A stretch of 64,000 nucleotides of DNA from a virus. Its lineage: Duplodnaviria; Caudoviricetes. Shown piece by piece: positions 36,602 through 46,144 of the stretch. The stretch covers positions 64,001-128,000 of the IMG/VR virus record IMGVR_UViG_2595698357_000001; one strand, 5' to 3'. Positions within the stretch are counted from its first letter, which is position 1; each line of letters begins with the position of its first letter. The notes beneath the pieces are model-generated. The model made no database searches, had not been told where the DNA came from, and saw only the letters and a list, made by a program, of their open reading frames with translations. The position numbers and the translations under genes were made by a program.

Positions 36602-37665
36602 AATCCTTAGACCACCAGTTCATCAACTATCTTTCACCCCGGCTGGACAAGTTCAGCTGGGAGCGCGCTAACCTGGCCAAGTTCCGTTGCCCATTGTGTG
36701 GTGACTCACAGAAGTCCAAGACCAAGCGGCGCGGGCACTTCTACTATGACAGCACGATTGACAGCTATCGGTTCAAGTGCCACAACTGTAACGAGCAGAG
36801 CGGATGGTCATTCGATACCTGGCTGGCCAAGTTTGACCCGACCCTCCATGAAGAGTATCTGTTTGAGAAATTCAAGATGGAGGGGGACCGCAGGAAGCCC
36901 ATCAAGGCGTTCATCGCAGAGCGGAAGGAAGTCCCCCCTCTTCCCAAAGAGGAACCAAAGGTCATCACGCTGCCGCCAGTACAGAAAGTCCTGGATGAGT
37001 CGCACCTGACCGGGATGCAGCGACTGGATACTCTGCCGGTTGATCATATGGCGGTGCAGTACGTCCTCGGTAGGAAGATCCCGGAGTTCTTCTTATCACG
37101 CATGTACTTCACCCACCACTTCCGCGACACGCTCCTCACCTTTGAGACGGACGCTGAGAAGCAGCGGCTGATACCCAACGACGCGCGCCTGGTCATGCCA
37201 TTCTGGGATGAGACCGGCCGCATGAAGGTAGTGCAAGGCCGCGCCTTCGACAGTGATGCTTTCCTGCGTTATGCGACAGTGAAGCCCAACGAGCATGACA
37301 CCAAGGTGTTCGGTGAGGAGCGGGTGAACCGGGAAAGGATGGTGTTGGTAGTTGAAGGTCCGATCGATAGCATGTTCCTTCCCAACTGCCTGGCATCGGC
37401 TGACGCTGACCTCCTGAGCGTGAAGGGGGACATCTACATCCCTGATAATCAGTACCGCAACAGGGAAGTTTGTCGGATTATAGAGAAGATAATTAACTCA
37501 GGGGTGAAGGTTGTTCTGTTCCCTCCCAACATTCCCTGGAAGGACATCAATGACATGGTGAAGGACGGCGGCATGACCCCGGCTGATATCATGAAGATGA
37601 TGGCGAAAAACGTCTTCCAGGGGCTGGCTGCTTCTCTTCGGTTCGCAGACCTCAGGAAGGTGTAG
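36598..37665 (+). CDS. 61: DNA primase gp61
   Basis: FRCPLCGDS...CHNC zinc finger; VVEGPIDSMFL TOPRIM; WKDINDM. Confidence 0.93.
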   Translation: MKSLDHQFINYLSPRLDKFSWERANLAKFRCPLCGDSQKSKTKRRGHFYYDSTIDSYRFKCHNCNEQSGWSFDTWLAKFDPTLHEEYLFEKFKMEGDRRKPIKAFIAERKEVPPLPKEEPKVITLPPVQKVLDESHLTGMQRLDTLPVDHMAVQYVLGRKIPEFFLSRMYFTHHFRDTLLTFETDAEKQRLIPNDARLVMPFWDETGRMKVVQGRAFDSDAFLRYATVKPNEHDTKVFGEERVNRERMVLVVEGPIDSMFLPNCLASADADLLSVKGDIYIPDNQYRNREVCRIIEKIINSGVKVVLFPPNIPWKDINDMVKDGGMTPADIMKMMAKNVFQGLAASLRFADLRKV

Positions 37666-37666
37666 T

Positions 37667-37894
37667 ATGTACAAAGAAATCACAACCGTCAAGCAACTTA
37701 ATGAACTCGACCTCAGCGAGATCAAACGGGGATACCAGAGCGCCTGGAAGGGCTACGTCCTGAACGGTGAAGAGAATGTCAGCTTCACCCACGGTTGGCA
37801 CAACGGCATGGCAGATGTCACGGGTGAGCCTAATGAAGCCCAGCGCTGCCTTGCCAGGGATGTTCAACGTGCCAAGCGGGAGGGTAAATTGTGA
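37667..37894 (+). CDS. hypothetical protein
   Basis: 75 aa ORF directly after the primase. Confidence 0.7.
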   Translation: MYKEITTVKQLNELDLSEIKRGYQSAWKGYVLNGEENVSFTHGWHNGMADVTGEPNEAQRCLARDVQRAKREGKL

Positions 37895-37984
37895 TTTCTG
37901 AAATGGATGAAGGGCAGCGCCGGTTTGTCATTGAAATGTTGAGGGGTATTATTCCCCTCAATACTAATGACGAGGGAACTACCA

Positions 37985-38260
37985 ATGATCAAGATAACAG
38001 CAGAAACGAACCTGGCAACCGAGAATGAGCTGAAGACCGCTCACATGGTTGAGACTGTGGCCAACAAATATTATCGCCTGGAGGACTGCCTCCGGGAGTG
38101 CTATCCCAACATGATCGTGGAAGACCCCATCCTCATGATGCATGTTGAGATGATGGACACCTATCGTGACTCAGGCGATGTGGCTCTGGTCAACGCTCAT
38201 GCCAAGCGTGTCATGGTTCGTTTCCGTGAATACGCTGACAAATACTGCGAAGTTGAATAA
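37985..38260 (+). CDS. hypothetical protein
   Basis: GAGG RBS; GTCATT-N14-TATTAT promoter at 37927-37952. Confidence 0.7.
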   Translation: MIKITAETNLATENELKTAHMVETVANKYYRLEDCLRECYPNMIVEDPILMMHVEMMDTYRDSGDVALVNAHAKRVMVRFREYADKYCEVE

Positions 38261-38326
38261 AAGTTCAAACTAAATTTCCTTGTAAGTCAGCCAGTTATTG
38301 AAAATTCCGTAAAAAGTCAAAAATAT

Positions 38327-38368
38327 TTATTGAAAACGCTTTACGGAATTCAATAACTGGCGTATATT
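38327..38368 (+). promoter_or_regulatory. early sigma70 promoter TTTACG-17-TATATT with inverted repeat
   Basis: TTATTGAA-AACGCTTTACGGAA-TTCAATAA. Confidence 0.75.
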
Positions 38369-38435
38369 TAATTTCAACGAGGCGGGATTGACCCACTCAC
38401 ACTTGAAACGAAACAACTTTACAGGAAACAAAATC

Positions 38436-38945
38436 ATGACTAACTCCATCGAAATCATCACCAACGGCACCGTAGCTTTCGAACTGAACCGTGACCTGAC
38501 TAAAGCAGCTCTGTGGGAACAAGCACAGGCAGCAGGTTTCAGCGGTGGCCGCACCTCCTTCATGAACCTGCTGAGCGGCAAAGCAAAAGCGGCTTGCGGT
38601 TTCGAAATCCAAGTTCAAGTGCCAGTGACCAAGGCTGAGAAAGCCGCCCGCAAGGTAGTGAACAAAACTGAAGCACTGGCCACCCTGGCTGCGACCCTGA
38701 AGCGCGAAGTTCACGTGGTGGAAGCGAAGACCGAGACCTACGGCACCGTGTCTACCTCCAAAGGCCGCATGCAGGTGAACCCAATGAACAACGGCACTTT
38801 CAGCCTGATGTTCTTCGCCGCCAAAGGCACGGCGCTGGTTGAAGTTGCTGACCTGCTGGGTGAAGGCAACGTGAAGTCCCAGTACATGACCCTGGGCAAG
38901 AAGTCTGAAGCAGACGTCGCAGCCATCATCGCCAAACTGGCTTAA
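38436..38945 (+). CDS. early protein, putative DNA-binding regulator (HTH-like N-terminus, MotA-CTD-like C-terminus)
   Basis: Strong codon bias, AGGA RBS; domain calls are by eye only. Confidence 0.7.
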   Translation: MTNSIEIITNGTVAFELNRDLTKAALWEQAQAAGFSGGRTSFMNLLSGKAKAACGFEIQVQVPVTKAEKAARKVVNKTEALATLAATLKREVHVVEAKTETYGTVSTSKGRMQVNPMNNGTFSLMFFAAKGTALVEVADLLGEGNVKSQYMTLGKKSEADVAAIIAKLA

Positions 38946-39003
38946 CACCACCGCCGGGGGAAACCCCGGCAACCCAAACCCCTTTGAAACGCAGGAGCTA
39001 CAC

Positions 39004-39327
39004 ATGTCCAAGATAAATCACGCCCACGCTGCAGTATTTGAATCTTTCATCTCTAACGTCGGCTTCCAGTTCACAAAGGAAGAACACGAAGCGGCCTGTG
39101 AAAACAACTGCACGCGGGGCGCATACATTGACGTGTTGCTAGCTGAGACCAAAGGGGATTTGACTCTCTATATCAGCGCCACCATCAACCGCATGTGGCT
39201 GTTTGAAGGCGACAACGTTGTCCTGTACGTTGACGACTTCCAGTGGGATGAGGGCGGTGCTGAGTACAACGGCACACTGGTGGCCAACGCCTACTCCAAC
39301 GGCTTCACCAAGTACCTGTGGAACTAA
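39004..39327 (+). CDS. hypothetical protein
   Basis: AGGAG RBS. Confidence 0.7.
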   Translation: MSKINHAHAAVFESFISNVGFQFTKEEHEAACENNCTRGAYIDVLLAETKGDLTLYISATINRMWLFEGDNVVLYVDDFQWDEGGAEYNGTLVANAYSNGFTKYLWN

Positions 39328-39336
39328 GGAACTGAA

Positions 39337-39546
39337 ATGCTGACCATCAAAGCAGTGAACAAGGCGATAGCCGAAGCAGGCCACAAAGAGACCCTGGAAC
39401 GCGGAGATGGTTATTTCTATTTCCGGGGCGGTGAGGCAAACAACTGGATTGCAGTATCAGTCCACGTCTACGCCCTGAACCACCTAACTCTAGACCAGTG
39501 GCTTGAGTCCCTGGAATCTTTGAGGGAGGCAAACAAGTCCAGCTGA
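39337..39546 (+). CDS. hypothetical protein
   Basis: AAGGA RBS; RGDGYFYF motif. Confidence 0.7.
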   Translation: MLTIKAVNKAIAEAGHKETLERGDGYFYFRGGEANNWIAVSVHVYALNHLTLDQWLESLESLREANKSS

Positions 39547-39585
39547 ATAAATACCCTCTGATATACCAACAGAGGGTTTTTCATT

Positions 39586-40380
39586 ATGGCACTCCTACGA
39601 AAGGGCGACCGTGGTCCTGCGGTCGTCGACCTCCAGAAACAGCTGAACGCCATCGGCTACAATCTCGCCACTGACGGCATTTTCGGCAACGGCACAGACC
39701 AGGCGGTGCGCAAGGTTCAATCCGGAGCCGGGCTTGTCGTGGACGGCGTTGTCGGTCCGAAGACAGTGTACGCTATCCAGAACGCAGGCGACCGCCACGT
39801 TGACCACCTCACTGAAGATGATCTGGTGCAGGCCGCACGTGACCTCGGCTGTGAGCTGGCTGCTATCAAGGCGGTCAACCAGGTTGAGGCGCGTGGTTCA
39901 GGCTACACCAAGTCAGGCGACCTGAAGATGCTATTTGAGCGTCACATCATGTTCCGTCAGCTGACCAACAAATACGGTCTTGACCGGGCTAACCAGTTGG
40001 CTGCTCAGTACCCTGATGTTGTCAACAAGTCGGCAGGCGGGTACACCACCAACGAGCGGGCGCGACTGGAAAAGGCTGTTACCATCGATGCTGAGTGCGC
40101 CTATGCTTCGGCCTCGTATGGTCTGTTCCAGATCATGGGCTTCAACGGCGTCAAGGTCTGTGGCTACCCAACAGCCAAGGCGTTCTACATAGACATGCTG
40201 AATGGCGGAGAGAGCGCTCACCTGCGGGCGTTCGTACAGTTCATCAAGGCTGACAACAACCTGTTGACGGCACTGAGAACCAAGAACTGGGCATCCTTCG
40301 CGCGCTGGTACAATGGTCCCAACTACGCGGCCGACGGCTACGACAAGAAGCTGGCAGCAGCCTACGCTTCATTTGTGTGA
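39586..40380 (+). CDS. modular endolysin: PG-binding domain + N-acetylmuramidase (DUF3380-like)
   Basis: LRKGDRGPAV..LQ..L...DGIFG..T...DGVVGPKT; VE..G.G, LFERH, S.GLFQIMGFN, W..FAR.YNGP.Y. Confidence 0.92.
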   Translation: MALLRKGDRGPAVVDLQKQLNAIGYNLATDGIFGNGTDQAVRKVQSGAGLVVDGVVGPKTVYAIQNAGDRHVDHLTEDDLVQAARDLGCELAAIKAVNQVEARGSGYTKSGDLKMLFERHIMFRQLTNKYGLDRANQLAAQYPDVVNKSAGGYTTNERARLEKAVTIDAECAYASASYGLFQIMGFNGVKVCGYPTAKAFYIDMLNGGESAHLRAFVQFIKADNNLLTALRTKNWASFARWYNGPNYAADGYDKKLAAAYASFV

Positions 40381-40384
40381 TGAC

Positions 40385-40409
40385 ACCCCGCTTCGGCGGG
40401 GTTTTATTT
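40385..40409 (+). terminator. intrinsic terminator
   Basis: ACCCCGC-TTCG-GCGGGGT-TTT. Confidence 0.85.
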
Positions 40410-40490
40410 GAGCGCGACCCCAGTAGTTCATTGAGGGTGTCGGGGTTATAAGTACTCTTGCCATGTTAGTTTCTTTAAGGAAACCTGTGT

Positions 40491-41327
40491 ATGCAAACCA
40501 ATAGCTCTGTCGTGAAAATGCCTAGCAAAGGCGCTCGCAAGTCTGACCGCAAGAAGGTCACCGTACAGAAAGAAGACGAATGGTTGAAATATTCCAAAGG
40601 GGAATTCAAGTACGCACCATTCCAATCGTTGTCTGAGCACCAGACAGAAGCATACGAATCCGCCCTGGTAAACCCCCTGACCGTAGCTATCGGTCCGGCA
40701 GGCACCGGCAAATCGTACTCAGGCGCATCTGCTGCCATCCAGCATTATGCCCAGGGTACAGTCAAGAAAATCATCATCGCGCGCTCTCCGCTCCCTACAG
40801 GCACCACCGCCGGGTTCAGACCGGGCGACACCTATGAAAAGCTGATGCCATACCTGATGCCTCTGATCCAGACCTTCAAGAAGGTGTTGAAGACTGACAG
40901 CGGCAGCGATGGCTTCTTCAACTATCTGTGGGAGAAGAAGGTCATCGAAATTCAGGATCTGGAGACCATCAAGGGTATGTCGTTTGATGACACCTTCCTG
41001 ATTATCGAAGAAGCCCAAGAGTGCGACATGGAGCAATTGAAAAACTTGTTCACTCGTCCGAGCGACACGTCGTTCATTTACCTGAACGGCGATATTGCGC
41101 AATCAAATAAACGCCTGCGTGAAAATGCATTGCAGAAATATGTGGAATGCTTCCGTGATTTTAATGCCAAATTAGAATCAGGTGCGCTGGATCATTTAAT
41201 GGTTGATGGCAAGCTGCCGGAATGGCTGACCCCAATTAATATCGTTGAATTCGATAAATCTGACCGCAATGGTCGTGGCAACTTTGTGCGTAAGATGTTG
41301 GAAATCAACGACATGTACAATATCTAA
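40491..41327 (+). CDS. phoH: PhoH-family ATPase
   Basis: GPAGTGKS, GFRPG, KGMSFD, EEAQE, NGDIAQ. Confidence 0.9.
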   Translation: MQTNSSVVKMPSKGARKSDRKKVTVQKEDEWLKYSKGEFKYAPFQSLSEHQTEAYESALVNPLTVAIGPAGTGKSYSGASAAIQHYAQGTVKKIIIARSPLPTGTTAGFRPGDTYEKLMPYLMPLIQTFKKVLKTDSGSDGFFNYLWEKKVIEIQDLETIKGMSFDDTFLIIEEAQECDMEQLKNLFTRPSDTSFIYLNGDIAQSNKRLRENALQKYVECFRDFNAKLESGALDHLMVDGKLPEWLTPINIVEFDKSDRNGRGNFVRKMLEINDMYNI

Positions 41328-41438
41328 ACCCACTCCGTTTTTATGTTATAAAACAACCGCTTCAATAGCATTGAGGCGGTTTATAATATCCACCTGATTA
41401 AATACCGTACCACAAAAAGTAGAACCCTGAGGATCGCT

Positions 41439-43739
41439 ATGATTAATATCATAAAGCGGGACGGACGTGTCGTCCCCTACGACGTTGAGAAACTGCACAT
41501 TGTTCTTGAAAGGGCGTGTGAAGATCTTGATGGTGTTTCACCGTCTGAGATAATTGAGCACTCCAAAATCCAATTCACCGATAATATGAAGACGTCGCGC
41601 ATTCAAGAGATAATGATTAATGCTGCGGCCAATCTCATTTCAGTTGACAAACCCAATTACCAATATGTTGCCGCGCGCCTGAAGTCATATGACCTGCGCC
41701 AGCGTGTGTATGGTGAATACTATCCCCCGGCGCTGATTGACATCTTCAGGAAGAACACCGACCTCGGTATCTACGACGCGGGCTTCCTGGTTGACTACTC
41801 TCAGGCTGAGTTTGACCAGCTCCAGGCTGTCATCAACCACAAGCGTGACAAACGCTTTACCTGGGCTGCGATGGTTCAGCTGACGGAGAAATACCTGCTG
41901 CAGAACCGCGCCAAGAAGTCTGAGGGTATCTTCTATGAGACCCCGCAGGTGATGTACATGGCGATTGCGATGGCTCTGTTCTCCAAATGGAACCGTGTTG
42001 AGCGCATGGACATGGTCACCCGCTTCTATGACTACGCCAGCACCGGTAAATTCAGTCTGCCGACCCCGATCATGGCTGGCGTCCGTACCCGTACCCGTCA
42101 GTTCAGCTCCTGTGTGCTGATCAAAGTCGGCGACACGCTGGACTCTATCAAGGCCGCAGGCTCTGCTATCGTTGACTATGTCAGCAAGCGCGCAGGCATC
42201 GGTCTGGACGTGGGGGAGATTCGTGCCCTCGGTGCTCCTATCCGTGGCGGTGAGATGGAGCATACCGGAACTATCCCATTCATCAAGAAGTTCGTCGGTG
42301 ACCTGAAGAGCTGCTCTCAGGGTGGGGTTCGCGGCGGCTCTATGACTGCCTACTATCCGATGTGGCACCTGCAGTTCCCAGCCATGATTGTTCTGAAGAA
42401 TAACCGTGGCACTGAGAACAACCGCGAACGCCGCACTGATTATGGTGTGCAGATCAACCGTGTCATGATGGAACGCGCCTGGAACAAACAGAACATCTAC
42501 CTGTTTGACCCGGCCGAAGTCAAGAAGATGTTTGGGCCACTGTTCTACAGCTCTTACTTCAACGACGTCGACACCTTCCGTGATCTGTATGACCAGGCTA
42601 TTAAGGCTGCTGAGCAGGGCATGCTGCGTCACGAGTGCCTGCCTGCGGATGAAGTCTGGGGCATGCTGTTAGACCAACGTTCTGACACAGGTCGAATCTA
42701 TATCGAATTCTGTGACAACATGAACAAGTACAGCCCATTCACTCAGGACACCGTCTGGTCTTCCAATCTGTGCTGTGAGATCGCGCTACCGACCCGCGCC
42801 TTTGAGCAATACGATGACCCGAACGGCCGCATCGCGCTGTGCACCCTGGCCTCACTGAACATGACTGCGTTCGACGACCCGAAAGAGATCGAAGACGTTG
42901 CCTATGTGTTGGTGGCGGCGCTGGACAGCCTGCTGGAGTATCAGGACTATCCGTGCATCCAAGCCCGTGAAGCTGTTGTTGACTATCGTCCTCTGGGTAT
43001 CGGCATCGTGAACCTGGCCCACTTCCTGGCCAAGAACTTCTGCTCCTATGGTAGCCCTGAAGGTCTGCGCCTGGTTGATGAATGGATGGCACACCTGCAC
43101 TTCTACCTGATGAAGGCATCCAACCGCCTGGCTATGCAATTCGGTAAGTGCCGTATGCCTACCATCCACGACGAAGGCAAGATCACCCCTGATCTGTTTG
43201 AGCGCAAGATCGTTGGTGAGCGTCCGGAAGGCAACGCATATGGTCTGGATTGGGACGGCCTGCGCGCTGACCTGAAGAAGCATGGCATCCGTAACGCCAC
43301 GTTGCTGGCTATCGCCCCGACTGAGAGCTCATCTCAGGTGCTGAACGCCACCAATGGCATTGAGCCACCGAAAGGTCCGATGACCTCGAAGGGCAGCAAG
43401 AACGGCGTGGTACGCCAGCTGGTTCCGGACATCGAGACCCTCAAAGATGTCTATGACTACAAGTGGGACATCCAGTGCGCACCATACCTGATGACGTCGG
43501 CGTTGCTGCAGTACTGGGTTGACCAGGCTATCAGCACCAACACGCATTACAAGCCGGGTGATTTCCCTGACAACAAGATCCCGCGCTCAGTGATGTTCCA
43601 AGACATGGTCAACTTCTACTTCTACGGCGGCAAGACCTTCTACTACAACACCAACTTCGATGCTGATGAATTGGCCGAAGAGCTGGGTGAAGAGAAGAAG
43701 GACGGCGGCGATCAGCCGTGTGAAAGTTGTGTAATCTGA
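41439..43739 (+). CDS. nrdA: class Ia ribonucleotide reductase alpha subunit
   Basis: ATP cone, QFSSCVL, SNLCCEI, APTESSS, C-terminal CESC. Confidence 0.97.
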   Translation: MINIIKRDGRVVPYDVEKLHIVLERACEDLDGVSPSEIIEHSKIQFTDNMKTSRIQEIMINAAANLISVDKPNYQYVAARLKSYDLRQRVYGEYYPPALIDIFRKNTDLGIYDAGFLVDYSQAEFDQLQAVINHKRDKRFTWAAMVQLTEKYLLQNRAKKSEGIFYETPQVMYMAIAMALFSKWNRVERMDMVTRFYDYASTGKFSLPTPIMAGVRTRTRQFSSCVLIKVGDTLDSIKAAGSAIVDYVSKRAGIGLDVGEIRALGAPIRGGEMEHTGTIPFIKKFVGDLKSCSQGGVRGGSMTAYYPMWHLQFPAMIVLKNNRGTENNRERRTDYGVQINRVMMERAWNKQNIYLFDPAEVKKMFGPLFYSSYFNDVDTFRDLYDQAIKAAEQGMLRHECLPADEVWGMLLDQRSDTGRIYIEFCDNMNKYSPFTQDTVWSSNLCCEIALPTRAFEQYDDPNGRIALCTLASLNMTAFDDPKEIEDVAYVLVAALDSLLEYQDYPCIQAREAVVDYRPLGIGIVNLAHFLAKNFCSYGSPEGLRLVDEWMAHLHFYLMKASNRLAMQFGKCRMPTIHDEGKITPDLFERKIVGERPEGNAYGLDWDGLRADLKKHGIRNATLLAIAPTESSSQVLNATNGIEPPKGPMTSKGSKNGVVRQLVPDIETLKDVYDYKWDIQCAPYLMTSALLQYWVDQAISTNTHYKPGDFPDNKIPRSVMFQDMVNFYFYGGKTFYYNTNFDADELAEELGEEKKDGGDQPCESCVI

Positions 43740-43812
43740 CCGTTATTTCCGTTAGCAGTACAGCCGTATAATCATGGGGTGGGGTTCCACCCCTTTTAAT
43801 CTCGAGGACATC

Positions 43813-44931
43813 ATGGCTAAAGAATTCTCTGTGTTTAACACCAAATCAGACAACACCAAGCTCCCTTTCTTTGGTGACCCGGTTTCCATCCAGCGCTTCG
43901 ACGTCGTCGCCTGGCCGCTCATCCAACGCTGGTATGAGAAAGGCCTGGCCCAGTTCTGGCGTCCTGAGGAAGTTGATGTCACCAAGGACAAGGCTGACTA
44001 TGAGTCTCTGTCAAAGGCTGAAAAGCATATCTTCGACTCCAATATCAAGCGCCAGATCATGCTGGACAGCATCCAAGGTCGCGCGCCGGTAGAAGCGTTC
44101 TCGCCAGTGGCATCAACTCCTGAGATGGAGTTCGCTATCCTGGAATGGACGCGTCAGGAGGCCATCCACTCCCTGTCGTACACCCACATCCTGCGCAACG
44201 TGCTGGACAACCCATCGGTCATCTTTGACAACCTGATGGACGTTGAAGAGATCGTTGACTGCGCCAAGTCCATCTCTGTGTACTACGATGATGCCATCCA
44301 GTACAGCGGCATGAAGCTGGCCGGGCGTGAGTTCACCATGAAGGACACCATGGATCACAAACGTGCCTTCTGGCGCGCGCTGTTTGCTGCCAACGCCCTG
44401 GAAGGCATCCGCTTCTATGTGTCGTTCGCTTGCTCCTGGGCGTTCCCGACTTTCATGAACGGTAAGATGGAAGGCAACGCCAAGATCATCCGCCAGATCG
44501 CTCGTGATGAGCAGGATCACCTGATGCTGACCCAGACGTTGTTGAACCGTCTGCCGAGCATGGATCCTGACTTCGCTGTCATCCGTGAAGAGCTGCGCGG
44601 TGAGATGACCAAGCTGTACGTCGACGTTGCTGACCAAGAGAAGGCATGGATCCCATACCTGTTCAAGTATGGCCCAATGCTGGGCTTGAACGAGTCTATC
44701 CTCAGCAAATTCGTTGACTGGCTGGCCGGGGTTCGTATGGCTGCTATCGGCCACCCGTACCCAGGAGAACTGGTCAAGACCAACCCGATGCCATTTATTA
44801 ATGAGTGGCTAAGTAATAAAGAGATGCAGTATGCACTGCAAGAAGCCGAAGCGGCCGACTACCTGACTGGTGTGTTGTCCGGCGGTATCCTTGATGAGTT
44901 CCGTAATCCGTTCAATGAGGTGAGTAAATGA
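43813..44931 (+). CDS. nrdB: ribonucleotide reductase beta subunit
   Basis: FWRPEEVD, LDSIQGR, EAIHSLSY, LEGIRFY, RDEQDH. Confidence 0.96.
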   Translation: MAKEFSVFNTKSDNTKLPFFGDPVSIQRFDVVAWPLIQRWYEKGLAQFWRPEEVDVTKDKADYESLSKAEKHIFDSNIKRQIMLDSIQGRAPVEAFSPVASTPEMEFAILEWTRQEAIHSLSYTHILRNVLDNPSVIFDNLMDVEEIVDCAKSISVYYDDAIQYSGMKLAGREFTMKDTMDHKRAFWRALFAANALEGIRFYVSFACSWAFPTFMNGKMEGNAKIIRQIARDEQDHLMLTQTLLNRLPSMDPDFAVIREELRGEMTKLYVDVADQEKAWIPYLFKYGPMLGLNESILSKFVDWLAGVRMAAIGHPYPGELVKTNPMPFINEWLSNKEMQYALQEAEAADYLTGVLSGGILDEFRNPFNEVSK

Positions 44932-45161
44932 CAGGTGTTGTTCAAATCTATTCCAAGAAAGGTTGTCAGCAGTGCATCGCGGCAGAAAACATGTGCAAGA
45001 TCCGTCACCTGGATTTTGAAGTGTTGAAGCTGGATAAAGACTACACCCTGGAAGATCTCCAGGCGCTGACCGGCAAACGCTCTATGTCTATGCCGGTGAT
45101 CAAGATGCCGGATGGCTCAACCTTGGATTACCAAGGATTTGTTCAAAGTCTGAAGCGTTAA
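44928..45161 (+). CDS. glutaredoxin
   Basis: IYSKKGCQQC, SMPVI. Confidence 0.88.
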   Translation: MTGVVQIYSKKGCQQCIAAENMCKIRHLDFEVLKLDKDYTLEDLQALTGKRSMSMPVIKMPDGSTLDYQGFVQSLKR

Positions 45162-45166
45162 CTCCC

Positions 45167-45194
45167 AAAGGCCGGTATTGAAAACCGGCCTTTA
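45167..45194 (+). terminator. intrinsic terminator
   Basis: AAAGGCCGGT...ACCGGCCTTTT. Confidence 0.75.
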
Positions 45195-45260
45195 CTATTG
45201 AAGAATTTCCCGCTATATTTTCAGCATACCTTGATTATCCCAACACAGGATACCTATACA

Positions 45261-45704
45261 ATGAACACTATTCTGAAGAATCCACAGCAAAACTTCGGCT
45301 GCATGCCTCTCCCTAATTTTGAATTCTGCCGCCACGCTGTCACCAAAGAAGAGATCTTCGGTCTCCCATTGCATGAGGTGCTTGCCAAGGAGGTCTATGC
45401 CTCTGTAGTGGACGTTGTGGTTGAGGGGATAGGTGTCATTGGCAAAGTGTCCGAGGTACGCATTACGCCAGGATCTCGCTGGTTCCGCTTGGATACTACC
45501 GACTGCGCGGACGCTGTCTTTAACAACCTGCGCCTGGCTGTCATGAACCGGTTCCCTGAGTACACTCGCCCATGGTTGGTGTCAGAGCACCTCAACTTCC
45601 TGAACCCGAAAATTGAAATCTTCGTTGACGAGATCGTTGATGAGCAGTCTGGCATGACCGACCACGTCGTTTCGTACCTGTTGATCAAAGGGATTATCTT
45701 ATGA
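45261..45704 (+). CDS. hypothetical protein
   Basis: AGGA RBS before ATG 45261. Confidence 0.65.
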   Translation: MNTILKNPQQNFGCMPLPNFEFCRHAVTKEEIFGLPLHEVLAKEVYASVVDVVVEGIGVIGKVSEVRITPGSRWFRLDTTDCADAVFNNLRLAVMNRFPEYTRPWLVSEHLNFLNPKIEIFVDEIVDEQSGMTDHVVSYLLIKGIIL

Positions 45705-46144
45705 GCGGCACAGTGAACAATATGTTGGACGTGGCATGGTCTACACAACCCATGTTCAAGATCTTCAAAATGCCGATGAACGCATTGGTGGGGATTGTCA
45801 ACGACAGTGATAAGGAAGCCCGGCTGCAGTTATATTTGGGTGGGATCGCCAAACAGGTAGGTCATGTGTCTAACCTGAGGATCATGCAGCTACACGAAGA
45901 CCTGGAGGATTGGGCACCACGAAGTGACGGGTTAACTCATGAAATGGTCAAGCAATACATGATCTTTACGTTGCGCGCCACCCTGTATCTTAACCCGTCC
46001 TTCATCAACAGATATCCGGTCAGGGCAACACCTTCAGGGCAACTGGTATGTCGCCCCCGGCTGGAGTTTATGGCATGCTCCAAGACCAAACTCTTCACCG
46101 GGTTGCGTATCATCAACTGGCGTGATATGTTCAAGACACCTTAG
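45701..46144 (+). CDS. hypothetical protein
   Basis: ATGA overlap with the previous ORF. Confidence 0.65.
   Translation: MSGTVNNMLDVAWSTQPMFKIFKMPMNALVGIVNDSDKEARLQLYLGGIAKQVGHVSNLRIMQLHEDLEDWAPRSDGLTHEMVKQYMIFTLRATLYLNPSFINRYPVRATPSGQLVCRPRLEFMACSKTKLFTGLRIINWRDMFKTP

Noticed and set aside
41439-44931. Possible intron, intein or homing endonuclease in nrdA/nrdB
   Set aside because: Both frames are continuous and of normal length, with no splice or LAGLIDADG/HNH motifs
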